Shown: positions 57,440-64,000 of the stretch, piece after piece | How positions within the stretch are numbered: the stretch's first letter is position 1 | How the letters are laid out: every line of letters starts with the position of its first letter | DNA from: a virus | Lineage: Duplodnaviria; Caudoviricetes | Length of the DNA stretch: 64,000 nucleotides | Strand: one strand, 5' to 3' | Virus record (IMG/VR): IMGVR_UViG_2565956960_000004 | Span: 12,102 to 76,101 of that record | Notes under the pieces: generated by a model | What the model was told of the DNA's origin: nothing | The model's input: only the letters and a program-made list of their open reading frames with translations | Database searches by the model: none | Made by a program: the position numbers and the translations under genes

Positions 57440-58034
57440 AGCTGGATTTAAAGTGCTTCGGGAAAAGTTTGGCAAACTGAATCAAACCCAGATTGATGCT
57501 ATCAACGACATTGTAGCCGCGATTGATGCAGATAAAAGTATTACATATGCACAAGCAGCTTATATTCTCGCTACTACCTGGCATGAAACTGCCAGAACTA
57601 TGTTACCCGTGGTTGAGTATGGGCAAGGTAAAAACCGTACATACGGCACTTGGTATTTGAATAGTTTGGATCAACGTTATTGTTTTAAAGATAGCAAAAA
57701 ACAAAATGCTTATCTTTGTGAAGAATATCCATATTTATATTATGGCCGTGGATACGTTCAATTAACTTGGTTTGCCAATTATGAAAAAGCTTCTAAGAAA
57801 ATTGGAGTGGATTTAGTAAATAATCCAGACCTTGCATCCCAAAAAGAACATGCAATTAAAATTATGCTTGAAGGTATGAAAGAAGGCTGGTTCACGGGTA
57901 AAAAGTTAAGTGATTACATCTACAAAAGAAAAAAAGACTAGGAAGGTGCCCGCCGTATCATTAATGGTACAGACAAAGCCAAACTAATTGCTGGTTATGC
58001 AGATACGTTTGAGTATGCTTTGAGGCGTCCCTGA
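57426..58034 (+). pseudogene. GH19-like endolysin interrupted by in-frame TAG at 57939-57941
   Basis: AYILAT..HET and YYGRGYVQLTW..NY motifs. The frame continues past TAG as EGARRIINGTDKA...ALRRP*. Confidence 0.85.
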
Positions 58035-58166
58035 CACTCTTGTCTTTAAATGCAAACGTTCAATTATCCCACTTTTAGTAGGTTCGTTAATTCTGTTTTT
58101 ATTACCAGGATGTTCGGCACACACTATCAACAACAATATTCAAGTTGGGATATGTGTAAAAGCAAT

Positions 58167-58198
58167 TTGAAAGGTCCTCAAGATAGAGGACCTTTCAA
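58167..58198. terminator. Terminator hairpin between convergent units
   Basis: Perfect 13-bp stem TTGAAAGGTCCTC/GAGGACCTTTCAA. Confidence 0.75.
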
Positions 58199-58528
58199 CT
58201 ATTTAGTTTTTTTCAATGGACTACACCAAGTTAGATAGTTTGTTTTGTCTATATTCGGACATTTAGTATCCTTATCAAAAATATAATAAGTATTTTCCTG
58301 TGTTTCAGAAAAGTAATAATAATTTTTCAAATCTGCCCCATATCTCCAGTATCCGCCAGAACCTTCATCAATTTTGGTAGGATGGAAAAAGAAAATATTA
58401 CTTTCTTTGGGAATGTAATTTGTTTGATCAGTGGCTAATAGCCATAGATTTGAAAAAGTATAGGTGAATAGGCCAATTCCCAAGAGGATAACTAAAATAA
58501 GATAAAAGAAAAATCTACTACTTTTCAT
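58199..58528 (-). CDS. Putative immunity protein (membrane-anchored)
   Basis: N-terminal TM helix. Overlaps the end of the putative effector gene. Confidence 0.6.
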   Translation of the reverse strand: MKSSRFFFYLILVILLGIGLFTYTFSNLWLLATDQTNYIPKESNIFFFHPTKIDEGSGGYWRYGADLKNYYYFSETQENTYYIFDKDTKCPNIDKTNYLTWCSPLKKTK

Positions 58529-59306
58529 AGAAATACAATGTCCCTTTTCCTGTGATTGCTAAATTTAAATTTGCCAAAGCATTATTCGCATATTTTTCTG
58601 CTTCTGGTCCTGATCCATTATAAGCTTTAATCACTTTCTTCAATTGTTCAGTAGTCATTGCTCCATTGAAACAATTGCCCAACTCTCTATCTATCAAATA
58701 TCTTAGATGGGCTGCAGCATAGTAAAGATCATTTCGCCAATCATCACCTGAAATCCTGGTATCAGTACTTAATCCAATTATATTTTTGACAATTGAAGAA
58801 GGGATTGGTGGGCGACAATATTTCTTCAAGGAATTTTGTACCCCGTCAATAAGTGCTTTATCACTGACATTAGCTATACCTGAAGAACCTTTTGAAACTT
58901 TATCCGGTACGATAAAAATTACCTTATCGACAATATTTGCCGCCGTGGTAATTGTTCTTTCTGCAAATTGAGCTGATTTTCTCCATCCTGGAGCATTTGG
59001 ATTGTTTTCATTTTGAAGAATGAGGGCAAGAAGAATATGGGGGATTTTATGATACTTGCATGCATCTCTAACCCATTTTCTAATTTCTGAATCATCAATA
59101 AATAAGCCTACATCCTTATGAATGTTCATCCAATATAATTTAATCGGTGACTTGAAGGGCTTATTGAATGATGGAATTTTACTTTCATCAATGTAGGTAG
59201 CTGTCTCATTTCCAGTACATTCACAAAGAACAATCGATTTAATAGATTTGTCAGTTTTAGGCGTTGTTGATGTTTGACTAGCATCGCAATATTGTAAATT
59301 ATCCAT
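58518..59306 (-). CDS. Putative lysozyme-fold (SLT-like) effector
   Basis: ILQNE (catalytic Glu-like), SGIANV, AAAHLRYL and AYNGSG..YA motifs. Confidence 0.6.
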   Translation of the reverse strand: MDNLQYCDASQTSTTPKTDKSIKSIVLCECTGNETATYIDESKIPSFNKPFKSPIKLYWMNIHKDVGLFIDDSEIRKWVRDACKYHKIPHILLALILQNENNPNAPGWRKSAQFAERTITTAANIVDKVIFIVPDKVSKGSSGIANVSDKALIDGVQNSLKKYCRPPIPSSIVKNIIGLSTDTRISGDDWRNDLYYAAAHLRYLIDRELGNCFNGAMTTEQLKKVIKAYNGSGPEAEKYANNALANLNLAITGKGTLYFYEK

Positions 59307-59309
59307 GGT

Positions 59310-59825
59310 TTAATAATCATAAGTAGCTTGAATAGAAAGAATTTCGGCCTGATCATTGGTGTTTACCAAGTGGGTAAATCCAAAATTGTCAGTTTTCCCT
59401 GTTTCTGTTGTTCCATCAGCACGGGTAATCAAGTAATTAATATTTTTTAACGGCTCGCCAGATTGAGATACGAGCTTAAATTTATCTTCAAAAATGTTTG
59501 CCATTTGTGACATGAGAGTGTTTGCTGTTGAGCTACTATCTGTGCTTGAACTCCCGCCACCATTGTCTTGAACGACTAAACTTTGTTTTGGCAGTAATTT
59601 ACAGCCGCAAGATAAAGAGTCATTCACTCTTGCTGCAGCTTTCCCAAAGATTTGCATGTGGGGGTCGCCTGAAATGATCGTCGCAACCGTTTTATGCTTG
59701 GGACATGTAGCCTTATCTCCGACACAAGCTATCGGGATACCTTCGATCTGGAACATGCTATTTCCTGAAAGGACCTGTCCACCACCGGTTGTTGGACATC
59801 CAACCACGATATAAGGTGTTGCCAT
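59310..59825 (-). CDS. PAAR-domain protein with C-terminal extension
   Basis: TTGGG.V..G, GD.A.CPKH..I..G and AARVND.LSCGC motifs. DUF2345-like tail. Confidence 0.9.
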   Translation of the reverse strand: MATPYIVVGCPTTGGGQVLSGNSMFQIEGIPIACVGDKATCPKHKTVATIISGDPHMQIFGKAAARVNDSLSCGCKLLPKQSLVVQDNGGGSSSTDSSSTANTLMSQMANIFEDKFKLVSQSGEPLKNINYLITRADGTTETGKTDNFGFTHLVNTNDQAEILSIQATYDY

Positions 59826-59923
59826 AATTATTTTTCCCTCTAATTAATTTTTATGAGGGCATGATAGCAGGGTATATACAGAATATACTGTTTAGTTTTT
59901 TTAAATAAGATTAAATGTCTGGG

Positions 59924-60574
59924 TTATTTTATTAATTTATCGAATAATTTTTGTTTAGATAACTCAAAAAAATCACTCTTGTCTAATTTCTTTGTATATT
60001 TTATTAGATATATTTGCTTATGTTGAACATTCTCACTGTCAGTGTATTTAAGCTCTATAAAAGGTTTTAAATTCGACACGTCTTCAAATAGGGTAGACTC
60101 ATTAATCACATTAAAATTAATGGTTAAGTAATAGGGTTCTTCTTTTTCTGTAATATTTTTCACGATGTCAAAGTCATTTCTACAATTATTAAATCCGTAC
60201 TTTATATCGTTTTCGTTATTACTCCTATGAGATAAGTCAAGTCTTAAAAAAAAAGCATTTCCACCAGTATTAAGCATTTTAATTCTAATTGATAAAACAT
60301 ATTTTTGAATAAGGTCACTCCACTGAACTTTCAACCCTATGATTTGTAGAATAATTGTTGGACGTTTAGTTAAAGATTGAATATGTAAAGTATAAAATGC
60401 AGCTAATACGGCCCCGAGCGTTGATATTCCTGAAAAGAAATAAATTGCTAAAGTAAGTCGTGTAGCATTAGTCGTATTACTAACATCGAAAACAACCCCA
60501 GTTAATTTATAAAAAAATATGGTAATAAGTATGACAAAAGTCATAGAGGTTAAGATTAATGTAAAGTATTTCAT
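59924..60574 (-). CDS. Hypothetical membrane protein (AT-rich)
   Basis: Two N-terminal TM helices. Confidence 0.65.
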   Translation of the reverse strand: MKYFTLILTSMTFVILITIFFYKLTGVVFDVSNTTNATRLTLAIYFFSGISTLGAVLAAFYTLHIQSLTKRPTIILQIIGLKVQWSDLIQKYVLSIRIKMLNTGGNAFFLRLDLSHRSNNENDIKYGFNNCRNDFDIVKNITEKEEPYYLTINFNVINESTLFEDVSNLKPFIELKYTDSENVQHKQIYLIKYTKKLDKSDFFELSKQKLFDKLIK

Positions 60575-60666
60575 TTTTAATCATATAAATATTTCATTAT
60601 CAATAAATTAAACGATAATTCCTAAAATGTCACTAAGCCTTTCACATCTTTAAGAAGCTCATGTAA

Positions 60667-61965
60667 TTAATCGGTTATTACCAATAGTTCATCCCATTTA
60701 AATGGGTTTTTGCTTAATTTATCACGACTCATTGACCAATTGCGCTCAGGAAGAAAGCAGGGGCCAATAGCAATTTTCTTTTTTCCAAATCTTTTATGTA
60801 CACCCTCTAACGCCGTCATCAAGCGTTCTTTTCTTTCAACCTCGTTAAAGTCTGTCAGTAGGTCGTAAGTATGACCGCTCTTTGGCTCTAAGCACGTCAA
60901 CAAGACACCGCACTTCTTATATTTAATACCTTTCTTATAAATATGATTTAGCATTAATGCGGAAGCTTTCGCTAAATCTGGGGCGTAGTCAGTCGGCTCT
61001 GGGAATGTATAACTAAGAGATTTATTATAATATGGGACATTCGGATCAAACGGGTTAGATTGAACAAACGCAATGATTGTCCCACAAAGCAATTCTTGTT
61101 CCCGCAATCTTATACACGCTTCTTGGGCGTGCATTACTATGGCTTCTTTAAGATCATTTAACTCGGTGACACGTGCACCGAATGAACAGGATTTAATAAT
61201 CTGTTTTTTTGACGGCGGGGTATGCTCTATTTCAATACAAGCTTGTCCGCGAAGTTCAAGCCAAGTCCGGTGCATAACAACTGAAAACTGACTTTTTATT
61301 AATTTTTCATTTGCAAAAATAAAATCGAGCACATTGTTAATACCCAATGAATTTAGTTTTTTTGTATGTTGGCGTCCAACTCCCCAAATCTCTGAAACAT
61401 CTATACCTCTAAACACATGTTTCAGGACCCCTCGATCTATATCATCAAGATTACATACACCATTTAAGTGTACATATGTTTTAGCAATATGATTAGCAAT
61501 TTTCGCTTGTGTCTTTGAACGACCTATACCGACACAAACGGGCAGTCCTATCCATTTTAAGACTTTCTGCTTCATATCTTGTGCATACTCGGTTAAGTTA
61601 TAGTTTTCGTGATATGCGGACAGATCTAAGAAGCATTCATCAATAGAATAAGGCTCTATTTCAGACTCAGTGACATATTCCCCTAAGATCTTATGAAATC
61701 GACGTGACATTTCAGCATATAGAGTATAGTTGCTTGAAAGTACTTTTACGTTATGTTCTTTCACAATTTCACGGATTTTAAAAAGAGGAACACCCATCTT
61801 TATTCCAAGAATTTTAGCCTCATTGGAGCGTGCAACGGCACAGCCATCATTATTTGAGAGGACGATAACGGGCTTATTCCGTAGACTGGGATTAAACATA
61901 CGTTCACAACTGACATAGCAATTGTTAACGTCTACTAAAGCGAAAATCTTTTGCTCGTGTCTCAT
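60667..61965 (-). CDS. umuC: Y-family DNA polymerase V subunit
   Basis: DVNNCYVSCE, SNNDGC, YSIDE and W.MSRD.LS motifs. ATGA coupling to umuD. Confidence 0.95.
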   Translation of the reverse strand: MRHEQKIFALVDVNNCYVSCERMFNPSLRNKPVIVLSNNDGCAVARSNEAKILGIKMGVPLFKIREIVKEHNVKVLSSNYTLYAEMSRRFHKILGEYVTESEIEPYSIDECFLDLSAYHENYNLTEYAQDMKQKVLKWIGLPVCVGIGRSKTQAKIANHIAKTYVHLNGVCNLDDIDRGVLKHVFRGIDVSEIWGVGRQHTKKLNSLGINNVLDFIFANEKLIKSQFSVVMHRTWLELRGQACIEIEHTPPSKKQIIKSCSFGARVTELNDLKEAIVMHAQEACIRLREQELLCGTIIAFVQSNPFDPNVPYYNKSLSYTFPEPTDYAPDLAKASALMLNHIYKKGIKYKKCGVLLTCLEPKSGHTYDLLTDFNEVERKERLMTALEGVHKRFGKKKIAIGPCFLPERNWSMSRDKLSKNPFKWDELLVITD

Positions 61966-62456
61966 GACTTTCTTGTATTCTTCAAAACAAAAGTAACGAC
62001 ACCCCATACCTCCAGCTGCTGTCCGTCATCCAGATAGATATTGCTATATTCGGGGTTTTCCGCTTTTAACCAGACTTTTCCATCGTCATCAATCATTAGG
62101 CGTTTAACAGTAAAATCATTATCGACCAAAGCCACGATAATGTCTCGATGTTTTGCATCAATGCTACGGTCAACAATGAGTTCATCATCGATGTCAATTC
62201 CAGCATTAATCATCGAAAGTGAAGCGACTTTAACAATAAACGTTGCACACTCGTTCTTAATTAAGTGCTCATTCATGTCAATTTTTTTATCTATATAGTC
62301 TTGCGCGGGCGAAGGGAAGCCGGCAGCAACTTTCTCGATAGCAACTGAAATTGACATACGCGTAGTTGGCTCAAGAAGTGAAATTGATTCGATGTCAGTA
62401 AAGTATTTGCGCCTTAGGTGATTTTTGATTTCGATGATTTGTGAAGATGTACTCAT
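61962..62456 (-). CDS. umuD: UmuD-like S24 peptidase
   Basis: VAAGFPSPAQDY cleavage site, SM (Ser) and VKRL (Lys) catalytic motifs. Confidence 0.93.
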   Translation of the reverse strand: MSTSSQIIEIKNHLRRKYFTDIESISLLEPTTRMSISVAIEKVAAGFPSPAQDYIDKKIDMNEHLIKNECATFIVKVASLSMINAGIDIDDELIVDRSIDAKHRDIIVALVDNDFTVKRLMIDDDGKVWLKAENPEYSNIYLDDGQQLEVWGVVTFVLKNTRKS

Positions 62457-62464
62457 AGTGACTC

Positions 62465-62487
62465 CTTGATTTCGTTACGTAATCAAG
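62465..62487 (-). promoter_or_regulatory. UmuDAb-type DNA-damage operator
   Basis: Minus strand reads CTTGATTACGTAACGAAATCAAG, i.e. TTGA-N4-GTAAC-N4-TCAA, just upstream of the umuD RBS. Confidence 0.75.
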
Positions 62488-62587
62488 ATGATATTCTATA
62501 GCCCATCAAGTTAACAAATTTTAAATTTTCTGCTTAAACAAGGGGAAGTCATAACTTGTCGCAGAGTTTATTGCATTTGGTCGGAAT

Positions 62588-64000
62588 TTATTCAACTTGA
62601 ACTTTTCGATATTTAGCTTGAAGTTGCTCAACTTTAGAAAGTGCTTTGAGGGCATCCTCTATTTCTTCTGGTTGTCCCGTCACATTCTTATCAAGATAAT
62701 CATAGTAACGGGTAACTTTCTTAAATTTTCTGTTCTTAATTTTCGAAATAATTTCATCATCGAGTAGTAGGTCCTCAATCATGTTCATTGCAATTTGAAG
62801 ATCATCAAATGAAACCTGAACATAGCCATCAGTGACATCTTTCTGATCAGTGTCAATAGTATGGTTTACGAGCTTCTTGATGGTGTATGAACCAATATTT
62901 AGACTATTTGCAATAGTTGCAAATGTTCTTCTCAGATCGTGATATGTGAAATCAATTCCAGTCAACTCTGCAATTTTGGCACGTGCCTTACTACGATTGA
63001 CAATATGATAGGTCCCGTGTCTTGCCTGAAACACGTATTTACCGCCACCAGACCGCTCAAATCGCTTCTGCATGATGTAATGCAGCATTTTCCCCATTGG
63101 TAATGTTAGAGGTTCGCCATTTTTAGGGTCAACAGATGTGATTGAACCATATTTTAAATCAACATGATCCCATTCAATTGATTCAGCTTCCTCTCTACGA
63201 AAGCCGGTCAATAACACAGTTAATAAAAAATCTTGGTTAGTATAACCACTTGGATTTCTATATGTTTGACCAACCCAGTCTGTTGAAACTACGCAGTCAA
63301 TCCAATCCTTCATCTGGTTACTTCGAATATATGTTGTTCGAGAGCGGACTTTATTCCATGACTTTTTAGCTTTAAGCGTTGCAACTGGATTAGATACGTC
63401 AATAATTGGTTTATCGTTTACATCTAGATAATGCTCTACAGAAAAGTTAAAAACAGCTCGGAAGAATCGCATTGCTAAATTTGCGCGGGCTTTTGAACGC
63501 TTGGTTAATTCAGCATGCTTATCTTGGACCATTTTTCGAGTGATATCGATTAGTTTGATATCACGCCATTCAACTAAATAATCATCCACACACTGATTAT
63601 AGTCATCTAAAGTATTTTTGCTAAGTTCACGTTCAGTTTTGTAGACAGTGTAGGCATCTATAAGAGTAGGTTGCTGATCAGCTTTGGCATAATCAGCAAG
63701 CAATTCTTTACGAGCTTGCTGTTTCTGATGATTAGGATTAATGCCTTGAGACATTAAGCCTAATAAATGACTGGCTTTATCACGTGCTTGGGAAGGGGTA
63801 ATCTCACCATGTTTGCCTATTGTCACCCGAACTGAAGATTTACCAACACGACGCTCAACTACATAAACTTTTGTATTGGTTACGCGCAAAGCAAAACCAA
63901 TCAATTCACTATCCCGATAAATTACTTGTTTACCAGGTGACAAGGGCACGGAATCAACAAAAGTTTTTGTAAGCTTGGTTCTTTCAGATGTAGGTGTCAT
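62588..64000 (-). CDS. int: Tyrosine recombinase/integrase (arm-binding N-terminus)
   Basis: TGFRREE, KNG, HDLRRTFAT, LVNH..VTDGY motifs. Start lies at the window edge. Confidence 0.93.
   Translation of the reverse strand: MTPTSERTKLTKTFVDSVPLSPGKQVIYRDSELIGFALRVTNTKVYVVERRVGKSSVRVTIGKHGEITPSQARDKASHLLGLMSQGINPNHQKQQARKELLADYAKADQQPTLIDAYTVYKTERELSKNTLDDYNQCVDDYLVEWRDIKLIDITRKMVQDKHAELTKRSKARANLAMRFFRAVFNFSVEHYLDVNDKPIIDVSNPVATLKAKKSWNKVRSRTTYIRSNQMKDWIDCVVSTDWVGQTYRNPSGYTNQDFLLTVLLTGFRREEAESIEWDHVDLKYGSITSVDPKNGEPLTLPMGKMLHYIMQKRFERSGGGKYVFQARHGTYHIVNRSKARAKIAELTGIDFTYHDLRRTFATIANSLNIGSYTIKKLVNHTIDTDQKDVTDGYVQVSFDDLQIAMNMIEDLLLDDEIISKIKNRKFKKVTRYYDYLDKNVTGQPEEIEDALKALSKVEQLQAKYRKVQVE

Larger units (their letters stand above)
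1..64000. mobile_element. Temperate prophage (P1-like virion module, lambdoid replication module, tyrosine integrase); left part outside the window
   Basis: Contiguous phage replication, packaging, head, contractile tail, lysis and integrase genes. No host housekeeping genes seen. att sites not identified. Confidence 0.93.

Noticed and set aside
57939-57941. Genome-wide TAG recoding
   Set aside because: Several genes end properly at TAG (e.g. 10765, 27721, 45912). No other interrupted genes and no suppressor tRNA were seen.
58050-58238. 62-aa ORF after the endolysin as a spanin
   Set aside because: No TM helix or lipobox, no clear RBS, and it runs through the terminator hairpin.
731-62298. 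Many 60-150 aa antisense or alternate-frame ORFs in the track (e.g. 11646-11945, 41308-41751, 49457-49816)
   Set aside because: They lie within well-supported genes and show no recognisable motifs, so they are treated as shadow ORFs.
62488-62587. att site between umuD and int
   Set aside because: No partner repeat or tRNA end is visible in the window, so it cannot be supported.

Overview
The window is almost entirely one temperate contractile-tailed prophage, truncated on the left. The host is probably Acinetobacter: the DNA is AT-rich and a UmuDAb-type palindrome precedes umuDC. Left to right it holds: three tandem DNA methyltransferases; a lambdoid-style replication module (initiator with internal iterons, RusA, HTH); and a ~47 kb P1-like morphogenesis region. 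That region includes a lysozyme-bearing tape measure, baseplate, protease, a terminase with a mini-intein in Walker A, fibres, capsid, sheath, tube, portal and an Hdf/DarA/DdrB/DarB-like set. It is followed by a holin, an endolysin broken by an in-frame TAG, a PAAR-effector-immunity cassette, umuDC and a tyrosine integrase. The strongest unannotated signals are: (1) 16 copies of GGAAC-N28/29-(-10-like) upstream of late genes, many coupled to RNA stems that bury the RBS or start codon; (2) a recurrent F-D-[S/D/G] motif in head proteins and at domain junctions of a polyvalent protein, a putative protease cleavage code; (3) three near-identical copies of an 88-aa sheath-N-like module fused to different cargos; (4) a Tad1-like signal sponge. 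Product calls come from recognised motifs and gene order only; no searches were run.
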